NCBI GenBank assembly: GCA_028826165.1
Contig: JAPDFW010000100.1
Location: forward strand, 173,905 to 237,904
Origin: Anaeramoeba ignava BMAN
Lineage: Eukaryota; Protista; Anaeramoebae
Reading direction: 5' to 3'
DNA: 64,000 nucleotides
Under the pieces are notes generated by a model. That model made no database searches. It had not been told where the DNA came from and was given only the letters and a program-made list of their open reading frames with translations. This document shows, in pieces, positions 23,401 through 34,922 of this stretch. The translations under genes were made by a program, and so were the position numbers. Each line of letters begins with the position of its first letter. The first letter of the stretch is position 1.

Positions 23401-26400
23401 GTTCAACAAGTAATTTAATAATTTCAAAATTCTTCTTTTGGCATGCAACACAAAGTGGTGTAAAATTCTAATAAAAAAAATTAAAAGAGAAAATTAATAA
23501 ATTTCTATAAATAAATAAGATTATCTATTAATTGTTTACATCCTTTTAAAAAAGAATAAATTATAATTTTCAAAATCAAAATCAAAATCAAAATCAAAAT
23601 CAAAATCAAAATCAAAAAAATATTATATTATATTATACTTCATTTCCATTTACTTTAGCTCCATATTCTAAAAGAAATTTTACAAGTTCTAATTTTTCTT
23701 CGTAACATGCAACATGTAAAGGTGTTTTTCCCTAATATTTAAATTAAATTTCAATAAATAATAATAATAATATTAATATTATTTTACACCCTAAAAAATA
23801 AAAATAAAAATAAAAATAAATATAAATATAAAAATAAATATAAAAATAAAGTTTGTTTTTTTGGAATTGAATTAAATTAATGATTCTTTTTCTTCAAAAA
23901 TAAAATCAATACAAAATTTTCATTAATATCTGATCCAGAATCAATTAAAAATTTAATCACTTCAATAGATTGAAATTTGCATGCTTTATGAAGGAAATTC
24001 AAAGGCTTAAATAAAAACAAACAAACAAGTTAATAAAAAAAATAATTAATTTTGAAAAAAAAAATACAAATCTCCTCTTTATAATTTTTTGATAAGAAAA
24101 AAAAAAGGTATAATAAAATGATTATTAAAATTTAACATTTCTAAAAATAAATAAATAAATAAATTTGTTATTACATAACCATCATCAGAACTTTTTAATT
24201 GTATTCCACTATCAATAATTTCTTTATAAATTTCTAAATTATTTGAATATTTAATCAAAATTCTTAAAGGTGTCCATATCTAAAATTGAAAAATAAATTT
24301 AATATTAAATTAAAAAATTTTACTTTTTATTTCAAAAAAAAGAAGAAGGAATTTTAAATTTACAAACTTTTTAAATTATTTCAAGATATTTTCAATTAAT
24401 TAGAATTAGAATTAGAATTAAAAGAAGAAGATTTAATCTCTTTTAATTTTCTTCAAAAAGAAAAATTTACTTTCTTTTATTATAATTATTATTAATAAAT
24501 TTCCAAAAATAAAAGAAAATAAAAGAAAATAAAAAAAAAGCTTTTTTATTATTACAGTTTCACTTTCAGGATCAGCTTGATACTTAATTAATAATCTAAC
24601 AAGTTCTAGATTATTTTGTTTACAAGCAAAATGTAAAGGTGTCATTTTCTATTTAAATTAAAAATTAAAAATTAAAAATTAAATGAAAAGATTCTGAAAA
24701 TTATTTAATATTTACAAACTAATTTTATATTTTATATTTTATCATTGAATTTTTTTAAATATTAAATAGGAAATGAAGTGAAAGATAAAAATTTATAATT
24801 TACATTCTAAAAAAAAAACGAAAACAAAATTTTTTTTTTAAAATTTTAAGTTGAAAAAAAATAATTTTTCTTATTTAAAATTTGTTTACATTTCCCCAAT
24901 TAATTGTTTTAATACATTCTGATTTTAACAATACTTCGATAATTTCCAAATTTTTATTCCTTTGGCAAGCTAATAATAATGGGAAAGTATTCTAAAAAAA
25001 ATTAAGAAGAATAAAAACTATTTAATAATTTTTTTTTCAAACTAAAATGATGAAAAAATTTGAAGAATTATATTTTACAGTCTAAAAACAAAATAAAACG
25101 AAACGAAATGAAATAAATAAATGATTTTTTTCTTCATCAATATTTTTACATTCTTTCAATAAGAAAATTAAGAAGATTAAAAAACTATAATTTGAATTAT
25201 AATTTTATAATTATACATCATTTATAAAAGGAACCATAAAATATTCTAAAATTTCTTTCATAACAGGAATTGATTGTTGAAATTCACATGCAACATGAAA
25301 AGGAGTTCTTCCCTAAAATTTTATTAAAAAAACAAAAGAATAATTTCAATAAATATAAATATATATATTATTATTAAAACTATTTTGGAATTTACTAACT
25401 ATAATTAATTCAAATTTAATTAATAAAACAAAGGAAACGAAGAATTTTAATTGATTTCAAACATTCTAAATAAAAAATATATAAAAGGATTATTAGTTAT
25501 CTAAATTAAAACAATTGTTTTATTTTATTTTAAATACATTTTTTGATTGTCTTTTTGCATGATTTTTTGATAAAATTTGAATAACTTTTGGATCTTTTGT
25601 AAATGCACAAGCAAAATGAGTTGGAGTCCATTTCTATAATAAATATCATTAAGAAAGAAAAGAAAAGATGAATAAAAATCATTTCCAAATTTTATTTTGA
25701 AAGATTATTTATTTACAAACTATTTTTTTTTCAAATTTATTAATTAAAATAATAAATTTGAAAATAATAAAAATCAACATTCTAAGAAAATATTATAAAT
25801 ATAAATATAAAATAAAACAATTTAAATTTGTTTTTTTTTAACTGTTTTAGCTCTAATATCTGCACCAAACTTTAATAGTAAATCAACAATTTCTGAATCA
25901 CATTTTTTACAAGCAAAATGAAGAGGTGTCCAATTCTAAATAAAATTAAAATTAAAATTAAAATTAAAAATAAATTTAAAAATAAAACAATTTTTTACCA
26001 ACTTTTATATTTAAAATTTATATTTAAAATTTATATTTAAAATTTATATTAATATTTAAATTTATATTTAAAAATAACTTTACATCCTTTTTTTTATATT
26101 AATTTTTTTTTTTCGAAATTTTTTTATTAAAAAAAAATGACATAATTTTAAAAAGAAAGAAAAAAGTTAAAAAATAAAAAAAATTTCTTTGTTTACAGTT
26201 TTAAGTTTAATATCAGCTCCTTTTTCTATTAATAAATTAATAACTTCTGGTTTAGAATTTTTAAAACAAGCAAAATGTAACCAAGACCAATTCTATTTAT
26301 TTTTATTAAATAATGAAAATTAATAAATAAAATCATTTTTAAATTTTTTTTTTTCATTTAATTTTTACATGTTTTTTTGAAGGGAAAAATTGATTCACAT

Positions 26401-26479
26401 CAATATTTTCAATTTTAGTTTTTAATCCTTGAATATCATTATTTTTAATTAATTGTTTAACTTCTTGAATTTCATTCAT
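19014..26479 (-). CDS. Ankyrin-repeat (21 repeat exons) plus BTB/POZ protein with ~33 microexons (~56 exons total)
   Basis: ATG 26479; 21 exons of ~90-105 nt, each starting at the (G)xTPLH position; last exon (from 20003) has a degenerate BTB and a clear BTB (DFTIIVDEKPIKAHKFVLTTRSNLFKSMF...LVEFFYTD) plus an R/G/Y-rich tail. Confidence 0.9.
20256..26086 (-). other. Array of 29 single-codon (3-nt) and three 12-nt microexons
   Basis: AG|NNN|GT on minus strand at 26084,25999,25779,25717,25463,25396,25150,25079,24804,24716,24471,24364,23788,23540,23058,22985,22749,22274,22189,21944,21858,21620,21536,21019,20952,20661,20590,20337,20256 (lowest coordinate of each triplet); 12-nt exons at 23285-23296, 22495-22506 and 21271-21282. 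Confidence 0.85.
22110..23960. repeat. Internal tandem duplication of a three-ankyrin block, ~800-bp period, ~2.3 copies, introns included
   Basis: For example 22421-22700 is nearly identical to 23211-23490; equivalent microexons at 22189, 22985 and 23788. Confidence 0.9.
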
Positions 26480-26699
26480 TATAATTTTAATAAAAAAATG
26501 AAAAATGAAAAAATTAAAAAATTAAAAAAATTATTATTTAAAAAAAAAAGTGAAATTGAATAAAGAAAAAGTATTTATTATTTTTTTTTTGTTTTATTTT
26601 CCTTTTAAATTTTAATTTTACTTCAAATTTGTTTTTAAATTCTGTTTAAATTTCTTTTCTTTTTTTTTAAAAAAAAAAAACACAATCCAAAAAAAAAAA

Positions 26700-27519
26700 G
26701 ATTATTTTTGATTTCAATTTTTGGATTTGATTTTTGATTTCAATTTAATTTGATTTCAATTTAATTTTTGGATTTGATTTCAATTTGATTTTTGATTTGA
26801 TTTCAATTTAATTTTTGGATTTGATTTTTGATTTTTGATTTTTGGATTTGATTTCAATTTAATTTGATTTAATTTTTGGATTTGATTTTGATTTGATTTC
26901 AATTTAATTTTTGATTTGATTTTTGATTTTTGATTTTTGGATTTGATTTCAATTTAATTTGATTTAATTTGATTTTTTGATTTGATTTGATTTTTGGATT
27001 TGATTTTTGATTTGATTTTTGATTTGATTTTTGATTTTTGATTTTTGATTTTTAATTTGATTTGATTTCAATTTGATTTCAATTTAATTTGATTTAATTT
27101 TTGGATTTAATTTCAATTTAATTTGATTTAATTTGATTTGATTTCAATTTGATTTCAATTTGATTTCAATTTAATTTGATTTTTGATTTGATTTCAATTT
27201 GATTTCAATTTAATTTGATTTGATTTTTGATTTTTAATTTGATTTGATTTTTGGTTTGATTTGATTTCAATTTAATTTTTAATTTGATTTCAATTTAATT
27301 TGATTTGATTTTTAATTTGATTTCAATTTAATTTCAATTTAATTTGATTTAATTTGATTTTTCATTTCAATTTAATTTGATTTTTGATTTAATTTAATTT
27401 AATTTAATTTGATTTTAATTTGATTTAATTTAATTTGATTTAATTTAATTTGATTTTAAATTTCATTTTTGATTTGATTTTAAATTTCATTTTTGATTTG
27501 ATTTCAAATTTGTTTGATT
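26700..27519. repeat. Intergenic low-complexity satellite (tttgatttcaatttaa-type)
   Basis: Direct inspection. Confidence 0.85.
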
Positions 27520-30500
27520 TCACTTCCTAAAAAATTTTGAACGTTCTTTATCTTTATCTTTATCTTTTTCTTTTTCCTTAGATTTCTCATTTTTCATTTG
27601 TTCAAGAACATCGGAAATAAGTTTAACCCAATCATTAGTAACTTCTTTTGAATCTGAATAAACCAAATAATCACGATATTCGACTGTAATTTTAAAACAA
27701 TTTTTCTTTTTATGATTGGGAAGAAATTCAATAGATCCATCTTTAAGAGGGATAACACCACAAAGATGTGTAGATTTCTTTGATTTAAAATAATACAAGC
27801 ATTGATCATTTTTCAAAACAAACCATCTTTTTCTCCAACCGCTTTTGAGTCCAGTTCCACCGTGTTTTCTTAAAAATCCAGATTTGAGAACTTTTTGAGG
27901 ATCAAACACTGTGTCTGGAAGGAATTTTTTCTCTGCAGGTTGGGTTTGTTTTACTGTTTCTGCCTGAATCAAATCCTTCAAAAAATCGTTTAAATTCAAT
28001 GAAATATTTTCATTAATTGAAATCAAAGTATTTATGAATAGTTTAAGTAAATATGGCGGCATATCTGCCTCGAAACGATGCTTATCAAAAATGAGCCTGA
28101 TCAAAATTTCGTTTGCAGTATCGTCGCAATAGACAACCAGAAGCAACGGATATCTGAGGGATTCATGGATGGAGATTTTCTGGAAAGTGAGTCTCGCTTT
28201 TTCGGTATTAATTTGGAAAATGTAGTTATTTTCACCGACATCGCGGATTGGGATGATAAGATCATTGGGGTATTTTTCAACAAGAAGAACACCGCCATCA
28301 AAGAGATCCTGGGTTTCATGGAGTCCGCACCACTTGCGGATCTGGGATACTGTTGTGTTTGAAAAGTAAGCAGTTTTAGAAAGTCCAAGTTGGATTTGCT
28401 CAATGTGATTTAAAACGCTTTGTTCCTTAACTAACGCGACTCTGAAAGGTAGAACGCGCGAATAATACCCAATCATCTGCTCTATTCCTGGACCCAATAT
28501 TGGAGGCCGTCCGGTAATATATGTTCCGAAACATACATTTGAGAATTTGGAATGAAGAGCAAGTGCAATTGCCCATGAAAAGTGGAAAATGGAAGATAAA
28601 GTGAATTGATTTGATTTTCCGATTTCCTTGAGTTTCTCGAATTTTGAGGCGTCAATTCGCATTGAAATCTCATGGAAAGGTGTTGCATTTAAATGGAATT
28701 GGCCTGTGATTTCACGTGATTCTGTCTCAATTTCTGTGTTGTCTTCAATCATTTCGCCTTTGTCGCCAAAAGGAGTTGTTCTTTTCTTTGTGATTGGAAT
28801 TGAAAAATCAACATCGCCAAAAATATGCTTGAAAAAACGCTTTGCCTCAACGATCTTTGTTGAGTGTTCCCATTCGAGATATTTGAGATACATCAACGAG
28901 GGATTTTTTATGAGATTTATAGGGAAAGAAGGGCGATTTTGTTTCAAAATAGGGTCTTCTTTTTCTGAATGGATAAAATCGCTTTCGGACTCATTTTTAT
29001 ATTCAGAATCTTTCTCAGTATTTCTTGAAAGATCGCCATCCGAAATGGAATCGTTGTTGAATATTGATTGGACATAGTCCTTTGAGGTGATGATATTTGT
29101 TGGCATCGGGACACTTGATTTCCCACCGACTACCAACGCAGTGTATAAGGTGAATGTTTCTTTGATAATAACGGGAAGAGACCAGAAATCGAACATAAAC
29201 GGCTCAAAAGAAAAGATCAAGAGATGTTCTCCTCGACCGTCGACAATAACATGTATAAATCTATAAAGCGGCGGAGAGGCAAAACGGAATGTTTTTTGGC
29301 GATCATCCTTCAGAAGTGATGCTTTCAAATTGAATCTCTGTGTCGCATCGTACTTCTCCCAGCTGATCTCCTTCCAGTTGAGTTCCACAGACTTTCGTGT
29401 GATTTGTAATATGGTGAAGTTATCCTCGTCGTCGTCGTCGTCGTCGGACGGATTGCGAATGAAATACGAGCGCATGATTGGATGTCTTGCAATCATGATT
29501 TCAAGAGCTTTTTTGAAAATCTCAGTGTGAAATTTTCGCGAATGAAAGGAAAGTATGAGTTGTTTGCAGAAATGCTGTTTGACAATCTGGTTTTTTCTGT
29601 GGAAAAACTGGACAATTTCGTGTTGTCCGCGAACAGGAAAAATAACGTCTTCAATTTTGTCATCTTCGGAAAGAATGGCTTGAATTATTGATGTTTTTGA
29701 AGTCAACGAAAACGGGAAATTAATGATTGAATTGAGTTCTTCCTGTTTGAGGAATTCCTTGTACATTTTTGATAGGATTTTCAAGCTGTTTGTGGCCAAA
29801 GAGCGGATATCTTGGGGATTGTTTGTTTTGTGGTTGAAGAGAAATTTAAAATGCAATGCGCCTTTGTGGATGTAAGTGATGATGTTAATTAAATAACTTC
29901 TTGTTTGTTGTTGAGGATAGAAACTTCCGAAAACGGAGTTGTCAACCACAGGCCAATGCTGGACCTCTCCCAATGAGAAGTCGGGCATGTCGATGTCGCC
30001 AAGAAATGTGAAGCTGATTTCGGACTTTTTCAGAGACTCGAGAACCGTTTTGAAATCATTGGGAATCTGTGCGAGGAGTTGGTCGATATCCGATATGTCT
30101 CTTTTTTCAGTGGTTGTTCCTGAAATATTGAAGAAGGAATTAAACGAGTCTTTGTCGTCCTGTTTTGACTTTGTTCGTGTTGGTTGCGTTTTGTTTTGCT
30201 TGGTCTGTCCCTTTATGGGTTCGTTTGCTTGGTTGGTAGACTCGATGGCGTTCGCCTTTTCTTTTTCTACAATTAAATTTTCAACGAATCCAGTGTAAAG
30301 TAAGGAATTTAATTGGTTCAAGAATTTGCGTGATTCGTAAACTTGCTGTTTGACAACCATAAGTGCCTTTTTCTTGTCGGAATTGACTCCTGGAGCTGTA
30401 AAAGAGAGGAGAACAGGGACAAGTAATTCTTGCCAACCCAAGATTTTTGAGTAATTGTAATTGAAAATGGAGGAATTTGTTTTGCGTTGGGAAACAAAAA

Positions 30501-33500
30501 GATGGAAGAATTGGTGGACAGAACCTGTCCATTTGTTCAGAGCAAGGGAAATTGCAGTGAGAATAATTGCAATCAATTCGTCGGGTTGATTCCGGCATAT
30601 TCGACTGAATAAATCAGACGTTATTTTGGAATTGACAGCAAGAACAAGACTGGACTTGTATTCTTGCAGATTTGCGATCCATTGCTGGCCTTCTCTTGGG
30701 AGATACTTAACCGTATTCTGATCGGATACTTTCTTTGCGATTTTTTCCCAAAAGGAGTAGCCTTCTTTTGAGGGTTCTTCGGAAAATTGTTCCGAAATCC
30801 AGTTGAAATGAGGCATCAATTTACTGGTTAATTTCGCTTGAGTTGGATTTGTCATGAATTGATGATACGCGTCGTCTAGATCGTTGGAAAATAGTCTCAT
30901 TGATTCGAGATCAGCGATGAGACGGTGTGAAGAGATGACGAGATAACGTTGATCATCGAGATCTTTAAATGCAACAAAACGGATAAGTGGACCGTTAGTG
31001 ATGTCAAGACTTTTCTGTAATTGTGAGCACATTTGTGACATTGTTGGCGTATTTGGTGTCACTTCAACATACGCAAATGAAAGCTTGATTTCCGCGTTGA
31101 TCTTCATTTTGCGTTTCAGTTTTGTTTCCAAAAAACACATCTTCATTGCTTCGTGATGATCGTAAATCAAATTCAATGATTTCTCAACAATTGGGATCAT
31201 CACATCCTTTTTCAGTCGGATAACAGTCATTATATTATACTGGTTCGGTTGGAAAAAATTCTGTTCGAAAAACCAAGATTGAACTGGCGAAAGTGGACCT
31301 TCATTTTCTTCAAAAAAATCAACGGATTCATTTCTTTTTAAATCTTGAAAGGAATTAATTGCAAAATCTGCAATGTTGAATTTGTTTTTGAGAACAAACG
31401 CCGCAAGATCCGAGATGATCGGATACTGGAAAAGAGCTTGATAAGTGAATTTAACGCCGGCCCTGATCGCCTTGGAAACGATTCTCATTGCGTCTATGGA
31501 ATTGCCACCGAGAACAAAAAAATTATCATTAATGCTAACTCGTTCGTATTTTAAAACAGACGCATAAGTTTGGCACAGAAACTCTTCAACCTCATTAGTA
31601 GGTCTCACCAATGCGCGTTCAGAGTTTTTTCGATCGCCCTTCTGAGCGTCTCTTGTTGTGTGTATTTTGAGTCGATCAATCTTGCCGTCGTTGTTTGTTG
31701 GGAAGCTGTCAACAATTGAGAACGAATCGGGAATCCAACTTGGCGGCAAATGCTCCTTCATAAAAGTCGACAACTCTGTCGATGATGGCGGCACTTCAGT
31801 ATTGGGAGAGATGCACGCAATCATCCGCCGCAGAGACTGTTGTTGTGGATCCCTGATAACGGCAATAACCTCGGAAACTTTTGGATGATTTTGAAGGATG
31901 TTTTCCACACCCCATACATTTACTCGCTCATCCTGATTATATAATGAGTTGATTTCCTTTTCTTGATATCCCAGATGCTCGAGCTCGCCTGAGCTCAAAA
32001 TACATCCTGTTTCTCCCGTTCTGAACATGAGTCCGCCAGAAGGTGAATCCACAAAAAGTAAATCTGTCATTTCTTCATTTTCATAATAACCGCTACACAT
32101 TGATTCCCCACAAACAAACAGTATCCCTTTAACGCCAGGTGGAACTGGTCTGTAATACTCGTCAAGAATAAATATTTCTGTGTCTGCAAATGATTTTCCT
32201 ATAGGTCCTGCGTTTGTTGTGCTTTTTCTCACTGATTGAAGTAATCCATTTTTTTTGATTTCTGAATCGTATAATTTTACTACTGAAATTATTGATGAAT
32301 TTTCTGGGATTCCATAACAATAGATTAATTCTTTCGGTTTCTTTTCCAGCCGCATAAATTCTTCCAATAATTCGAAATCAATTGGATCTCCATAAACAAT
32401 TACTTGCTCAAATTCCTCAAATGGCCATTTTAATTCTTGTTCTGAATTTTCCAATTTTTCATTTTCATTTTTAACTTGATTTTGATTTTTAATTTGATTT
32501 TGATTTTCATTTTGATTTTTAATTTGATTTTGATTTTCATTTTCATTTTTAATTTGATTTTCATTTTCATTTTCATTTTCATTTTTAATTTGATTTTGAT
32601 TTTCATTTTGATTTTGATTTTGATCATTAAAATCCTCTTCAAAAAACTCAAAATCAACCGAACTATCCGAAGATTCATCATTTTTATCAATTTTTTGATT
32701 TTGATTTTGTTGTTTCTTTTTGGGAATTTCCTTTTGTTTTTCTTTTTCTTTTTCTTTTTGTTTTTCCTTTTGTTTTTCTTTTTCCTTCTCAATTTCATTG
32801 AAATTTTCTGCTTCATTAATTAACGCCTCAATTTGTGGGATATTATAAAGCTCCTTACTCAATATTCTCCTGAACGAAAACGTTGTCAGAATAATGACTT
32901 TTGTTGCGAGAAATTTTGTAATGATTGGGAAATTATTGCTAAGTACAAATTTTTTGGATGTGATTGCAAGCTTTCCTCCATTTAAAAGTGTACCCCACAT
33001 TTCAATAATGGCTCTTTCCGAAGAGAGTGGAGAATAATGCGCAATAGAACTGGTCATTCTAAAGTGCTCATAACAAGCAAGAGATTTATTGATAATATTT
33101 GAGTGAGTTATTTGTATTCCGAGCGGTTTTCCTTCATCAGAAAATGTCACTAAAATGCATGCATTATCTTCAGCTTTGATCGCGTTAATGTTTGTGGATA
33201 ATTGCTGTGGTTTGTCATTGCTGTCTTTGTGTATATTATCTATAGTGTCCTCGCTTAAACACATGATTTTCAAAGAATCATCACCAAGAATTTGCGGAAT
33301 TCCAGCAAAAATATCTTGTGTTTTTTGGTCTGTGAACAGTAAATTAATACCAAATTGCTTGATTAATTTGCTATTCAGTTTGTTACTAAATCGCGGATCA
33401 AGGGGAACATAAACACAACCTAAATAATCATTGGAAAATCCAAAAAAAAAATTTTTTTGATTAAAATATTTTTTGATTTAAAAATAATTTTTTTTGATTT

Positions 33501-34755
33501 TTCTCTTTTACCAAGTTTGATAATTGCGAGAATGGTAATTGTAGATGGTATGGAACAAAGCATTGATATTCCAATAAGCGATCCAGACTTGACATTCAGC
33601 TCCTCTTTCATGTATTTTGCAAAGGAATTGGATTTCATATCGAGAGATTCGTAAGTCATTTTTTTAGTTAAAGTTCGAATTGCAATTGCGGTTTTTTTGG
33701 ATTCAACAATTTTCGCGAAGAATTGGATAATATTTTTCTTGCCCAATTTCTGTTGTTTGGGAATATTTGAGAACTGAAAATTTTTGTTCCACTTTTGAAT
33801 AATTTTTTGGTTTTCAAAACGAGTTAAAAGAGGAAAAGAATGAAGTGAAATATCCTCTTTAGAAGACACCAATTTATCAAGAATGGTTGTAAAATGGGAA
33901 GTGAAAAGGGAGATGAAAGAATCGCGAAAACGCGCGGTATTGAAAACTATTCTGTTGTGGAACATAATCTTAGTCTCAATGTCTGATTTCTCGGAATATT
34001 CTTCATCAACTATTAAAATAATTAAATCAAATACTTCAAGTGCTTTGTATTCATATTTTTTTTTCACTCCATTCTTTTCAGGTTTGTTGTTTTCGTTTGT
34101 GTTTTCTTGCTCAGAATTCTCGGCGTTTTCTTGATCAACTGATTCAAAAGATTGATCCAGAACATATTTTGAGTTTTCAAAATTTTCAATTATATTCGAT
34201 GAATCAAAAATAAATAAAATTCGAGTTGGATTTTTCTTGTTGAAATTTTCAAGCAATTTCGAATATAAAGTATCTTTGTATTGCTTGATTTCTTGAATTT
34301 TTTCTGACACATTTTGCAAATATTCTTGAAATGTTTCAAATTCAGAAATATTTGAGTTAAAAAATACTGGATTTATTGGTGATTTTCTTTCTTTCTTCAT
34401 TTCCCTCAATTTTGTCTATCATAATTGCTAGTGAAATGTTATCTGTTGCTACAAAATGAGAAAGAAGAAAAGTGAATGAACTTATAAAAAAATCAAAGTG
34501 TGAAAATTTTGGAAAACATTTCGATATTAAATTGTATTTTTGAAATAGAAAACAATATGAAGAAATGAATGATATTGCGTTTTTTTCATTTTTCTCGTTT
34601 CCATAAAATGATAATTCTTGTATTTTTTTAATTTCTTCATTCCAGAAAATTGTACTTTTTAATTTTAAAAAAAAAATTTTATAATTAAAATTTTAAAAAA
34701 AATTTTTTTTTGCTTTTTTTTAGTTTTGAATTTTCAATTTTTTAACTTACTCCAT
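27520..34755 (-). CDS. Degenerate NRPS-like protein: partial C - A - PCP - E-like - C - PH domain
   Basis: Model: ATGGA|intron|TACA.. (MDTIFWNEEI), frameshift ~34390-34410, intron 33420-33511 joining AIIKLG|CVYVPLDP. A-domain motifs MTYESLD, CYGIPE, GILFVCGESMCSGY, FRTGETG, PTNNDGKIDR; PCP DNFFVLGGNSI; E-type start PLSPVQSWFF; C domain ARHPIMRSYF/CFGTYITGR; PH domain KSGFLRKHGG..WRKRWFVL..LYYFK..DWVKLI. Confidence 0.88.
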
Positions 34756-34922
34756 TTTATTTTTAATAAAGATAAAAATATAAAAAAAAAAAGAAGAAAA
34801 GAAATTAAATTAAAAGAAAAAAAGATTAAAAAAGAAAAAAATGAAAAAATTTTTTATTTTTTTTTTCTCCTTTTTTATTTTTTCATTTTTTTTCTTTTTC
34901 TTTTTAAAAAAAATTTTTTCAA
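34756..34922. promoter_or_regulatory. Compact bidirectional promoter (NRPS-PH/Rab) with TCATTTT elements
   Basis: 167 bp between divergent ATGs; aaaaatgaaaa at ~34840 and tttcattttt at ~34881. Confidence 0.5.

Noticed and set aside
20256-26086. AG..GT motifs as recursive (zero-length) splice sites or chance matches
   Set aside because: Recursive sites are AG|GT with no spacer. These have a 3-nt sense codon, occur in nearly every gap and fill the missing ankyrin positions.
28078-31888. Antisense ORFs over the NRPS (and over Ras 3894-4136 and vWA 52637-52873)
   Set aside because: Shadow frames of long coding exons with no recognisable motifs.
27900-32200. Higher G+C of the NRPS core as proof of recent HGT or contamination
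   Set aside because: The middle of the long VIT-vWA exon shows the same G+C rise, and the NRPS has introns and host-type repeats; composition alone is not diagnostic.
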